From the NCBI RefSeq assembly GCF_009914755.1, contig NC_060944.1: 64,000 nt of DNA, one strand, 5' to 3'. The position numbers and the translations under genes were made by a program. Origin of the DNA: the human T2T-CHM13v2.0 reference genome, Homo sapiens. Under the pieces are notes generated by a model. It was not told the origin of the DNA. It worked only from the letters and a program-made list of their open reading frames with translations, and did no database searches. This document shows, in pieces, positions 36,401 to 50,100 of the stretch. Numbering within the stretch: the stretch's first letter is position 1; every line of letters starts with the position of its first letter.

Positions 36401-39400
36401 GGTTTTTATGGGAAGATATTTCCTTTTTCAACGCAAGCCTGAATGCGCTCCAAATGGACACTTCCAGATACGACAAAAGGAGTGTTTCAAAGCTGTTCTA
36501 TGAAAGGGAACGTTCCATTCTGTGACTTGAATGCAAACATCACCAAGTAGTTTCTCAGAACGCTGCTGTCTGCTTTTTATATGCATTCCCGTGTCCAAGG
36601 AAATCGTCAAAGCCAGCCAAATATCCACTTGCAGGTTCCACAAAAAGAGTGTTTCAAAACTGCTCTCTCAAAAGACATGTTCAACTCTGTCAGTTGAGTA
36701 CACACATCACAAAGAAGTTTCTGAGAATGCTTCTGTCTAGTTTTTATGGGAAGATATTTCCTTTTTCACCATAGGCCTCAAAGCGCTCCAAATGTCCACT
36801 TCCAGGGAATGGAAAAAGAGTGTTTCCAACCTGCTCTATGAAAGCGAATGTTCAACTCCGTGACTTGAATGCAACCATCACAAGGAAGTTTCTGAGAATG
36901 CTTCTGTCTAGATTTTATATGAAGATATTCCCGTTTCCAACGAAATCCTCAAAGCTATCCAAATATCCACTTGGAGATTCTACAAAAAGAGTGTTTCAAA
37001 ACTGCTCTATCAAAAGAAAGGTTCTACTCCGTCAGTTGAGGACACACATCACGAGTAAGTTTCTGACAATGCTTCTGTCTAGTTTTTATGGGAAGATATG
37101 TCCTTTTTCACCTTAGGCGGGAAAGCGCTCCAAAAGTCCAGTTACAGACACTACAAAAAGAGTGTTTCAAACCTGCCCGGTGAAAGGGAATGTTCAATAC
37201 TGTGACTTGAATGCAAACATCACAAAGAAGTTGCTGAGAATGCTGCTGTCTGCTTTTAATACCTTATCCCGTTTCCAACAAAATCCTCAAATCTAGCCAA
37301 ATATCCAATTGCAGACTCCACAAAAACAGTGTTTCAAAACTGTACTGTCAAAAGAAATGTTCAACTCTGTTAGTTGAGGACACACATCAAAGACTAGCTT
37401 CTGAGAATGCTTCTGTCCAGTTGTTACGGGAAGATATTTCCTTTTTCAGAATAGGCCTGAAACCGCTTCAAATGTACACTTCCAGATACTGCAGAGAGTG
37501 TTTCAAACCTTCTCTACGAAAGGGCATGTTCTCCTCTGTGACGTCAATGCAAACCTCCCAAAGAAGTTTCTGAGAATGCTTCTGTCTGGATTTTATCTGA
37601 AGACAATCCCGTTTCCAACGAAATCCTCAAAGCTATGCAAATATGCTCCTGCAGATTCTACAAAAAGTGTGCTTCAAAACTGCTCTATGAAAAGAAAGGT
37701 TCGACTCTGTTAGTAGAGGGCACACATCACAAACAAGTTGCCGAGTATGCTTCTGTCTGGTTTTTATGGGAAGATATTTCCTTTTCCAACACAAGCCTGA
37801 ATGCGCTCCAAATGGACACTTCCAGATACGACAAAAGGAGTGTTTCAAAGCTGTTCTCTGAAAGGGAACGTTCCATTCTGTGACTTGAATGCAAACATCA
37901 CCAAGTAGTTTCTCAGAACGCTGCTGTCTGCTTTTTATATGTATTCCCGTTTCCAACGAAATCGTCAAAGCCAGCCAAATATCCACTTGCAGGTTCCACA
38001 AAAAGAGTGTTTCAAAACTCCTCTCTCAAAAGACATGTTCAACTCTGTCAGTTGAGGACACACATCACAAAGAAGTTTGTGAGAATGCTTCCACCTAGTT
38101 TTTATGGGAAGATATTTCCTTTTTCACCATAGACCTCAAAGTGCTCCAAATGTCCACTTCCAGGGAATGGAAAAAGAGTGTTTCCAACCTGCTCTACGAA
38201 AGCGAATGTTCAACTCCGTGACTTGAATGCAACCATCACAAGGAAGTTTCTGAGAATGCTTCTGTCTAGATTTTATATGAAGATATTCCCGTTTCCAACG
38301 AAATCCTCAAAGCTATCCAAATATCCACTTGGAGATTCTCCAAAAAGAGTGTTGCAAAACTGCTCTATCAAAAGAAAGGTTCTACTCCGTCAGTTGAGGA
38401 CACACATCACGAATAAGTTTCTGACAATGCTTCTGTCTAGTTTTTATGGGAAGATATGTCCTTTTTCACCTTTGGCTGGAAAGCGCTCCAAAAGTCCAGT
38501 TACAGACACTACAAAAAGAGTGTTTCAAACCTGCTCTGTGAAAGGGAATGTTCAATACTGTGACTTGAATGCAAACATCACAAAGAAGTTGCAGAGAATG
38601 CTGGTGTCTGCTTTTTATACCTTATCCGTTTCCAACGAAATCCTCAAATCTAGCCAAATATCCGCTTGCAGACTCCACAAAAAGAGTGTTTCAAAACTGT
38701 ACTGTCAAAAGAAATGTTCAACTCTGTTAGTTGAGGACACACATCAGAGACTAGCTTCTGAGAATGCTTCTGTCCAGTTGTTACGGGAAGATATTTCCTT
38801 TTTCAACATAGTCCTGAAACCGCTTCAAATGTCCACTTCCAGATACTGCAAAGAGAGTGTTTCAAACCTTCTCTACGAAAGGGCATGTTCTCCTCTGTGA
38901 TATCAATGCAAACATCCCAAAGAAGTTTCTGAGAATGCTTCTGTCTGGATTTTCTCTGAAGACAATCCCGTTTCCAACGAAATCCTCAAAGATATGCAAA
39001 AATGCTCCTGCAGATTCTACAAAAAGAGTGTTTCAAAACTGCTCTATGAAAAGAAAGGTTCGACTCTGTTAGTAGAGGGCACACATCACAAACAAGTTGC
39101 CGAGAATGCTTCTGTCTGGTTTTTATGGGAAGATATTTCCTTTTTCAACGCAAGCCTGAATGCGCTCCAAATGGACACTTCCAGATACCACAAAAGGAGT
39201 GTTTCAAAGCTGTTCTATGAAAGGGAACGTTCCATTCTGTGACTTGAATGCAAACATCACCAAGTAGTTTCTCAGAACGCTGCTGTCTGCTTTTTATATG
39301 TATTCCCGTGTCCAAGGAAATCGTCAAAGCCGGCCCAATATCCACTTGCAGGTTCCACAAAAAGAGTGTTTCAAAACTGCTCTCTCAAAAGACATGTTCA

Positions 39401-42400
39401 ACTCTGTCAGTTGAGGACACACATCACAAAGAAGTTTGTGTGAATGCTTCTGTCTAGTTTTTATGGGAAGATATTTCCTTTCTCACCATAGTCCTCAAAG
39501 CGCTCCAAATGTCCACTTCCAGGGAATGGAAAAAGAGTGTTTCCAACCTGCTCTATGAAAGCGAATGTTCAACTCCGTGACTTGAATGCAACCATCCCAA
39601 GGAAGTTTCTGAGAATGCTTCTGTCTAGATTTGATATGAAGATATTCCCGTTTCCAACGAAATCCTCAAAGCTATCCAAATATCCACTTGGAGATTCTAC
39701 AAAAAGAGTGTTTCAAAACTGCTCTATCAAAAGAAAGGTTCTACTCCGTCAGTTGAGGACACACATCACGAGTAAGTTTCTGACAATGCTTCTGTCTAGT
39801 TTTTATGGGAAGATATGTCCTTTTTCACCTTAGGCCGGAAAGCACTCCAAAAGTCCAGTTACAGACACTACAAAGAGAGTGTTTCAAACCTGCGCTGTGA
39901 AAGGGAATGTTCAATACTGTGACTTGAATGCAAACATCACAAAGAAGTTGCTGAGAATGCTGCTGTCTGCTTTTTATACCTTATCCCGTTTCCAACGAAA
40001 TCCTCAAATCTAGCCAAATATCCACTTGCAGACTCCACAAAAAGAGTGTTTCAAAACTGTACTGTCAAAAGAAATGTTCAACTCTGTTAGTTGAGGACAC
40101 ACATCAGAGACTAGCTTCTGAGAATGCTTCTGTCCAGTTGTTACGGGAAGATATTTCCTTTTTCAACATAGTCCTGAAACCGCTTCAAATGTCCACTTCC
40201 AGATACTGCACAGAGAGTGTTTCAAACCTTCTCTACGAAAGGGCATGTTCTCCTCTGTGACGTCAATGCAAACATCCCAAAGAAGTTTCTGAGAATGCTT
40301 CTGTCTGGATTTTATCTGAAGACAATCCCGTTTCCAACGAAATCCTCAAAGATATGCAAAAATGCTCCTGCAGATTCTACAAAAAGAGTGTTTCAAAACT
40401 GCTCTATGAAAAGAAAGGTTCGACTCTGTTAGTAGAGGGCACACATCACAAACAAGTTGCCGAGAATGCTTCTGTCTGGTTTTTATGGGAAGATATTTCC
40501 TTTTCCAACACAATCCTGAATGCGCTCCAAATGGACACTTCCAGATACGACAAAAGGAGTGTTTCAAAGCTGTTCTCTGAAAGGGAACGTTCCATTCTGT
40601 GACTTGAATGCAAACATCACCAAGTAGTTTCTCAGAACGCTGCTGTCTGCTTTTTATATGTATTCCCGTTTCCAACGAAATCGTCAAAGCCAGCCAAATA
40701 TCCACTTGCAGGTTCCACAAAAAGAGTGTTTCAAAACTGCTCTCTCAAAAGACATGTTCAACTCTGTCAGTTGAGGACACACATCACAAAGAAGTTTCTG
40801 ACAATGCTTCTGTCTAGTTTTTATGGGAAGATATTTCCTTTTTCACCATAGGCCTCAAAGCGCTCCAAATGTCCCCTTCAGGGAATGGAAAAAGAGTGTT
40901 TCCAACCTGCTCTACGAAAGCGAATGTTCAACTCCGTGACTTGAATGCAACCATCACAAGGAAGTTTCTGAGAATGCTTCTGTCTAGATTTTATATGAAG
41001 ATATTCCCGTTTCCAACGAAATCCTCAAAGCTATCCAAATATCCACTTGGAGATTCTACAAAAAGAGTGTTTCAAAACTGCTCTATCAAAAGAAAGGTTC
41101 TACTCCATCAGTTGAGGACACACATCACGAGTAAGTTTCTGACAATGTTTCTGTCTAGTTTTTATGGGAAGATATGTCCTTTTTCACCTTTGGCCGGAAA
41201 GCGCTCCAAAAGTCCAGTTACAGACACTACAAAGAGAATGTTTCAAACCTGCTCAGTGAAAGGGAATGTTCAATTCTGTGACTTGAATGCAAACATCTCA
41301 AAGAAGTTGCAGAGAATCCTGGTGTCTGCTTTTTATACCTTATCCCGTTTCCAACGAAATCCTCAAATCTAGCCAAATATCCACTTGCAGACTCCACAAA
41401 AAGAGTGTTTCAAAACTGTACTGTCAAAAGAAATTTTCAACTCTGTTAGTTGAGGACACACATCAGAGACTAGCTTCTGAGAATGCTTCTGTCCAGTTGT
41501 TACGGGAAGATATTTCCTTTTTCAACATAGTCCTGAAACCGCTTCAAATGTCCACTTCCAGATACTGCAAAGAGAGTGTTTCAAACCTTCTCTATGAAAG
41601 GGCATGTTCTCCTCTGTGACGTCAATGCAAACATCCCAAAGAAGTTTCTGAGAATGCTTCTGTCTGGATTTTATCTGAAGACAATCCCGTTTCCAACGAA
41701 ATCCTCAAAGATATGCAAAAATGCTCCTGCAGATTCTACAAAAAGAGTGTTTCAAAACTGCTCTATGAAAAGAAAGGTTCGACTCTGTTAGTAGAGGGCA
41801 CACATCACAAACAAGTTGCCGAGAATGCTTCTGTCTGGTTTTTATGGGAAGATATTTCCTTTTTCAACGCAAGCCTGAATGCGCTCCAAATGGACACTTC
41901 CAGATACGACAAAAGGAGTGTTTCAAAGCTGTTCTATGAAAGGGAACGTTCCATTCTGTGACTTGAATGCAAACATCACCAAGTAGTTTCTCAGAACGCT
42001 GCTGTCTGCTTTTTATATGTATTCCCGTGTCCAACGAAATCGTCAAAGCCAGCCAAATATCCACTTGCAGGTTCCACAAAAAGAGTGTTTCAAAACTGCT
42101 CTCTCAAAAGACATGTTCAACTCTGTCAGTTGAGGACACACATCACAAAGAAGTTTGTGAGAATGCTTCTGTCTAGTTTTTATGGGAAGGTATTTCCTTT
42201 TTCACCATAGGCCTCAAAGCGCTCCAAATGTCCACTTTCAGGGAATGGAAAAAGAGTGTTTCCAACCTGCTCTATGAAAGCGAATGTTCAACTCCGTGAC
42301 TTGAATGCAACCATCACAAGGAAGTTTCTGAGAATGCTTCTGTCTAGATTTTATATGAAGATATTCCCGTTTCCAACGAAATCCTCAAAGCTATCCAAAT

Positions 42401-42683
42401 ATCCACTTGGAGATTCTACAAAAAGAGTGTTTCAAAACTGCTCTATCAAAAGAAAGGTTCTACTCCGTCAGTTGAGGACACACATCACGAGTAAGTTTCT
42501 GACAATGCTTCTGTCTAGTTTTTGTGGGAAGATATTTCCTTTTTCACCTTAGGCCGGAAAGCGCTCCAAAAGTCCAGTTACAGACACTACAAAGAGAGTG
42601 TTTCAAACCTGCTCTGTGAAAGGGAATGTTCAATACTGTGACTTGAATGCAAACATCACAAAGATGTTGCAGAGAATGCTGGT

Positions 42684-43359
42684 GTCTGCTTTTTATACCT
42701 TATCCCATTTCCAACGAAATCCTAAAAGATATGCAAAAATGCTCCTGCAGATTCTACAAAAAGAGTGTTTCAAAACTGCTCTATGAAAAGAAAGGTTCGA
42801 CTCTGTTAGTAGAGGGCACACATCCCAAACAAGTTGCCGAGAATGCTTCTGTCTGGTTTTTATGGGAAGATATTTCCTTTTTCAACACAAGCCTGAATGC
42901 GCTCCAAATGGACACTTCCAGATACGACAAAAGGAGTGTTTGAAAGCTGTTCTATGAAATGGAACGTTCCATTCTGTGACTTGAATGCAAACATCACCAA
43001 GTAGTTTCTCAGAACGCTGCTGTCTGCTTTTTATATGGATTCCCGTGTCCAAGGAAATCGACAAAGCCAGCCAAATATCCACTTGCAGATTCCACAAAAA
43101 GAGTGTTTCAAAACTGCTCTCTCAAAAGAAAGGTTCTACTCCGTCAGTTGAGGACACACATCACGAGTAAGTTTCTGACAATGCTACTGTCTAGTTTTTA
43201 TGGGAAGATATGTCCTTTTTCACCTTAGGCCGGAAAGCGCTCCAAAAGTCCAGTTACAGACACTACAAAAAGAGTGTTTGAAACCTGCTCTCTGAAAGGG
43301 AATGTTCCATTCTGTGACTTGAATGCAAACATCACAAAGAAGTTGATGAGAATGCTGCT
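42684..43359 (-). repeat. 676-bp chimeric tetramer (m7/1, m2, m3/5, m6), copy 1; gives two 1018-bp 6-mers, equivalent to one 2036-bp 12-mer
   Basis: Marker intervals 41967-42985-44003 are 1018 bp each. Hybrid junctions lie at about 42702-42727 and 43122-43129. Confidence 0.92.
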
Positions 43360-46079
43360 GTCTGCTTTTTATACCTTATCCCGTTTCCAACGAAATCCTC
43401 AAATCTAGCCAAATATCCACTTGCAGACTCCACAAAAACATTGTTTCAAAACTGTACTGTCAAAAGAAATGTTCAACTCTGTTAGTTGAGGACACACATC
43501 AGAGACTAGCTTCTGAGAATGCTTCTGTCCAGTTGTTACGGGAAGATATTTCCTTTTTCAACATAGGCGTGAAACCGCCTCAAATGTCCACTTCCAGATA
43601 CTGCAAAGAGAGTGTTTCAAACCTTCTCTACGAAAGGGTATGTTCTCCTCTGTGACGTCAATGCAAACATCCCAAAGAAGTTTCTGAGAATGCTTCTGTC
43701 TGGATTTTATCTGAAGACAATCCCGTTTCCAAAGAAATCCTCAAAGATATGCAAATATGCTCCTGCAGATTCTACAAAAAGAGTGTTTCAAAACTGCTCT
43801 ATGAAAAGAAAGGTTCGACTCTGTTAGTAGAGGGCACACATCACAAACAAGTTGCCGAGAATGCTTCTGTCTGGTTTTTATGGGAAGATATTTCCTTTTC
43901 CAACACAAGCCTGAATGTGCTCCAAATGGACACTTCCAGATACGACAAAAGGAGTGTTTCAAAGCTATTCTATGAAAGGGAACGTTCCATTCTGTGACTT
44001 GAATGCAAACATCACCAAGTAGTTTCTCAGAACGCTGCTGTCTGCTTTTTATATGTATTCCCGTTTCCAAGGAAATCGTCAAAGCCAGCCAAATATCCAC
44101 TTGCAGGTTCCACAAAAAGAGTGTTTCAAAACTGCTCTCTCAAAAGACATGTTCAACTCTGTCAGTTGAGGACACACATCACAATGAAGTTTGTGAGAAT
44201 GCTTCTGCCTAGTTTTTATGGGAAGATATTTCCTTTTTCACCATAGGCCTCAAAGCGCTCCAAATGTCCACTTCCAGGGAATGGAAAAAGAGTGTTTCCA
44301 ACCTGCTCTACGAAAGCGAATGTTCAACTCCGTGACTTGAAGGCAACCATCACAAGGAAGTTTCTGAGAATGCTTCTGTCTAGAATTTATATGAAGATAT
44401 TCCCGTTTCCAACGAAATCCTCAAAGCTATCCAAATTTCCTCTTGGAGATTCTACAAAAAGAGTGTTTCAAAACTGCTCTATCAAAAGAAAGGTTCTACT
44501 CGGTCAGTTGAGGACACACATCACGAGTAAGTTTCTGACAATGCTTCTGTCTAGTTTTTATGGGAAGATATGTCCTTTTTCACCTTAGGCCGGAAAGCGC
44601 TCCAAAAGTCCAGTTACAGACACTACAAAAAGAGTGTTTCAAACCTGCTCTGTGAAAGTGAATGTTCCATTCTGTGACTTGAATGCAAACATCACAAAGA
44701 TGTTGCAGAAAATGCTGCTGTCTGCTTTTTATACCTTATCCCGTTTCCAAAGAAATCCTCAAATCTAGCCAAATATCCACTTGCAGACTCCACAAAAACA
44801 GTGTTTCAAAACTGTACTGTCAAAAGAAATGTTCAACTCTGTTAGTTGAGGACACACATCAGAGACTAGCTTCTGAGAATGCTTCTGTCCAGTTGTTACG
44901 GGAAGATATTTCCTTTTTCAGAATAGGCCTGAAACCGCTTCAAATGTACACTTCCAGATACTGCAAAGAGAGTGTTTCAAACCTTCTCTAAGAAAGGGCA
45001 TGTTCTCCTCTGTGACGTCAATGCAAACCTCCCAAAGAAGTTTCTGAGAATGCTTCTGTCTGGATTTTATCTGAAGACAATCCCGTTTCCAACGAAATCC
45101 TCAAAGCTATGCAAATATGCTCCTGCAGATTCTACAAAAAGAGTGTTTCAAAACTGCTCTATGAAAAGAAAGGTTCGACTCTGTTAGTAGAGGGCACACA
45201 TCACAAACAAGTTGCCGAGAATGCTTCTGTCTGGTTTTTATGGGAAGATATTTCCTTTTTCAACGCAAGCCTGAATGCGCTCCAAATGGACACTTCTAGA
45301 TACGACAAAAGGAGTGTTTCAAAGCTGTTCTATGAAAGGGAACGTTCCATTCTGTGACTTGAATGCAAACATCACCAAGTAGTTTCTCAGAACGCTGCTG
45401 TGTGCTTTTTATATGTATTCCCGTTTCCAACGAAATCGTCAAAGCCAGCCAAATATCCACTTGCAGGTTCCACAAAAAGAGTGTTTCAAAACTGCTCTCT
45501 CAAAAGACATGTTCAACTCTGTCAGTTGAGGACACACATCACAAAGAAGTTTCTGAGAATGCTTCTGTCTAGTTTTTATGGGAAGATATTTCCTTTTTCA
45601 CCATAGGCCTAAAAGCGCTCCAAATGTCCACTTCCAGGGAATGGAAAAAGAGTGTTTCCAACCTGCTCTATGAAAGCGAATGTTCAACTCCGTGACTTGA
45701 ATGCAACCATCACAAGGAAGTTTCTGAGAATGCTTCTGTCTAGATTTTATATGAAGATATTCCCGTTTCCAACGAAATCCTCAAAGCTATCCAAATATCC
45801 ACTTGGAGATTCTACAAAAAGAGTGTTTCAAAACTGCTCTATCAAAAGAAAGGTTCTACTCCGTCAGTTGAGGACACACATCACGAGTAAGTTTCTGACA
45901 ATGCTTCTGTCTAGTTTTTGTGGGAAGATATTTCCTTTTTCACCTTAGGCCGGAAAGCGCTCCAAAAGTCCAGTTACAGACACTACAAAGAGAGTGTTTC
46001 AAACCTGCTCTGTGAAAGGGAATGTTCAATACTGTGACTTGAATGCAAACATCACAAAGATGTTGCAGAGAATGCTGGT

Positions 46080-46755
46080 GTCTGCTTTTTATACCTTATC
46101 CCATTTCCAACGAAATCCTAAAAGATATGCAAAAATGCTCCTGCAGATTCTACAAAAAGAGTGTTTCAAAACTGCTCTATCAAAAGAAAGGTTCGACTCT
46201 GTTAGTAGAGGGCACACATCCCAAACAAGTTGCCGAGAATGCTTCTGTCTGGTTTTTATGGGAAGATATTTCCTTTTTCAACACAAGCCTGAATGCGCTC
46301 CAAATGGACACTTCCAGATACGACAAAAGGAGTGTTTGAAAGCTGTTCTATGAAAGGGAACGTTCCATTCTGTGACTTGAATGCAAACATCACCAAGTAG
46401 TTTCTCAGAACGCTGCTGTCTGCTTTTTATATGGATTCCCGTGTCCAAGGAAATCGTCAAAGCCAGCCAAATATCCACTTGGAGATTCTACAAAAAGAGT
46501 GTTTCAAAACTGCTCTATCAAAAGAGAGGTTCTACTCTGTCAGTTGAGGACACACATCACGAGTAAGTTTCTGACAATGCTTCTGTCTAGTTTTTATGGG
46601 AAGATATGTCCTTTTTCACCTTAGGCCGGAAAGCGCTCCAAAAGTCCAGTTACAGACACTACAAAAAGAGTGTTTCAAACCTGCTCTGTGAAAGGGAATG
46701 TTCCATTCTGTGACTTGAATGCAAACATCACAAAGAAGTTGCTGAGAATGCTGCT
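46080..46755 (-). repeat. 676-bp chimeric tetramer, copy 2 (3396 bp downstream of copy 1)
   Basis: Marker intervals 45363-46381-47399 are 1018 bp each. Same private variants as copy 1 (cccattt, cctaaaag, catcccaaac, gtttgaaag, atatggattc). Confidence 0.92.
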
Positions 46756-47199
46756 GTCTGCTTTTAATACCTTATCCCGTTTCCAACGAAATCCTCAAAT
46801 CCAGCCAAATATCCACTTGCAGACTCCACAAAAAGAGTGTTTCAAAACTGTACTGTCAAAAGAAATGTTCAACTCTGTTAGTTGAGGACACACATCAGAG
46901 ACTAGCTTCTGAGAATGCTTCTGTCCAGTTGTTACGGGAAGATATTTCCTTTTTCAACTTAGGCCTGAAACCGCTTCAAATGTCCACTTCCAGATACTGC
47001 AAAGAGAGTGTTTCAAACCTTCTCTACGAAAGGGCAGGTTCTCCTCTGTGACGTCAATGCAAACATCCCAAAGAAGTTTCTGAGAATGCTTCTGTCTGGA
47101 TTTTATCTGAAGACAATCCCGTTTCCAACGAAATCCTCAAAGCTATGCAAATATCCTCCTGCAGATTCTACAAAAAGAGTGTTTCAAAACTGCTCTATG

Positions 47200-50100
47200 A
47201 AAAAAAAGATTCAACTCTGTTAGTAGAGGGCACACATCACAAACAAGTTGCCGAGAATGCTTCTGTCTGGTTTTTATGGGAAGATATTTCCTTTTGCAAC
47301 ACAAGCCTGAATGCGCTCCAAATGGACACTTCCAGATACGACAAAAGGAGTGTTTCAAAACTGTTCTATCAAAGGGAACGTTCCATTCTGTGACTTGAAT
47401 GCAAACATCACCAAGTAGTTTCTCAGAACGCTGCTGTCTGCATTTTATATATATTCCCGTGTCCAAGGAAATCGTCAAAGCCAGCCAAATATCCACTTGC
47501 AGGTTCCACAAAAAGAGTGTTTCAAAACTGCTCTCTCAAAAGACATGTTCAACTCTGTCAGTTGAGGACACACATCACAAAGAAGTTTCTCAGAATGCTT
47601 CTGTCTAGTTTTTATGGGAAGATATTTCCTTTTTCACCATAGGCCTCAAAGCGCTCCAAATGTCCACTTCCAGGGAATGGAAAAAGAGTGTTTGCAACCT
47701 GCTCTATGAAAGCAAATGTTCACCTCCGTGACTTGAATGCAACCATCACAAGGAAGTGTCTGAGAATGCTTCTGTCTAGATTTTATATGAAGATATTCCC
47801 GTTTCCAACGAAATCCTCAAAGCTATCCAAATATCCACTTGGAGATTCTACAAAAAGAGTGTTTCAAAACTGCTCTATCAGAAGAAAGGTTCTACTCCGT
47901 CAGTTGAGGACACACATCATGAGTAAGTTTCTGACAATGCTTCTGTCTAGTTTTTATGGGAAGATATGTCCTTTTTCACCTTAGGCCGGAAAGCGCTCCA
48001 AAAGTCCAGTTACAGACACTACAAAAAGAGTGTTTCAAACCTGCTCTGTGAAAGGGAATGTTCCATTCTGTGACTTGAATGCAAACATCACAAAGAAGTT
48101 GCTGAGAATGCTGCTGTCTGCTTTTAATACCTTATCCCGTTTCCAACGAAATCCTCAAATCCAGCCAAATATCCACTTGCAGACTCCACAAAAAGATTGT
48201 TTCAAAACTGTACTGTCAAAAGAAATGTTCAACTCTGTTAGTTGAAGACACACATCAGAGACTAGCTTCTGAGAATGCTTCTGTCCAGTTGTTACGGGAA
48301 GATATTTCCTTTTTCAACTTAGGCCTGAAACCGCTTCAAATGTCCACTTCCAGATACTGCAAAGAGAGTGTTTCAAACCTTCTCTACGAAAGGGCATGTT
48401 CTCCTCTGTGACGTCAATGCAAACCTCCCAAAGAAGTTTCTGAGAATGCTTCTGTCTGGATTTTATCTGAAGACAATTCCGTTTCCAACGAAATCCTCAA
48501 AGCTATGCAAATATGCTCCTGCAGATTCCACAAAAAGAGTGTTTCAAAACTGCTCTATGAAAAGAAAGGTTCGACTCTGTTACTAGAGGGCACACATCAC
48601 AAACAAGTTGCCGAGAATGCTTCTGTCTGGTTTTTATGGGAAGATATTTCCTTTTCCAACACAAGCTTGAATCCGCTCCAAATGGACACTTCCAGATACG
48701 ACAAAAGGAGTGTTTCAAACCTGTTCTGTGAAAGGGAACGTTCCATTCTGTGACTTGAATGCAAACATCACCCAGTAGATTCTCAGAACGCTGCTGTCTG
48801 CTTTTTATATGTATTCCCGTTTCCAACGAAATCGTCAAAGCCAGCCAAATATCCACTTGCAGTTTCCACAAAAAGAGTGTTTCAAAACTGCTCTCTCAAA
48901 AGACATGTTCAACTCTGTCAGTTGAGGACACACATCACAAGGAAGTTTGTGAGAATGCTTCTGCCTAGTATTCATGGGAACATATTTCCTTTTTCACCAT
49001 AGGCCTCAAAGCGCTCCAAATGTCCACTTCCAGGGAATGGAAAAAGAGTGTTTCCAACCTGCTCTATGAAAGCGAATGTTCAACTCCGCAACTTGAATGC
49101 AACCATCACGAGGAAGTTTCTGAGAATGCTTCTGTCTAGATTTTATATGAAGATATTCCCGTTTCCAACGAAATCCTCAAAGCTATCCAAATATCCACTT
49201 GGAGATTCTACAAAAAGAGTGTTTCAAAACTGCTCTATCAAAAGAAAGGTTCTACTCCGTCAGTTGAGGACACACATCACGAGTAAGTTTCTGACAATGC
49301 TTCTGTCTAGTTTTTATGGGAAGATATGTCCTTTTTCACCTTAGGCCGGAAAGCACTCCAAAAGTCCAGTTACAGACACTACAAAAAGAGTGTTTCAAAC
49401 CTGCTCTGTGAAAGGGAATGTTCCATTCTGTGACTTGAATGCAAACATCACAAAGAAGTTGCTGAGAATGCTGCTGTCTGCTTTTTATACCTTATCCCGT
49501 TTCCAACGAAATCCTCAAATCTAGCCAAATATCCACTTGCAGACTCCACAAAAACAGTGTTTCAAAACTGTACTGTCAAAAGAAATGTTCAACTCTGTTA
49601 GTTGAGGACACACATCAGAGACTAGCTTCTGAGAATGCTTCTGTCCAGTTGTTACGGGAAGATATTTCCTTTTTCAACTTAGGCGTGAAACCGCTTCAAA
49701 TGTCCACTTCCAGATACTGCAAAGAGAGTGTTTCAAACCTCCTCTACGAAAGGGCATGTTCTCCTCTGTGACGTCAATGCAAACATCCCAAAGAAGTTTC
49801 TGAGAATGCTTCTGTCTGGATTTTATCTGAAGACAATCCCGTTTCCAACGAAATCCTCAAAGCTATGCAAATATGCTCCTGCAGATTCTACAAAAAGAGT
49901 GTTTCAAAACTGCTCTATGAAAAGAAAGGTTCAACTCTGTTAGTACAGGGCACACATCACAAACAAGTTGCCGAGAATGCTTCTGTCTGGTTTTTATGGG
50001 AAGATATTTCCTTTTGCAACACAAGCCTGAATGCGCTCCAAATGGACACTTCCAGATACGACAAAAGGAGTGTTTCAAACCTGTTCTATCAAAGGGAACG

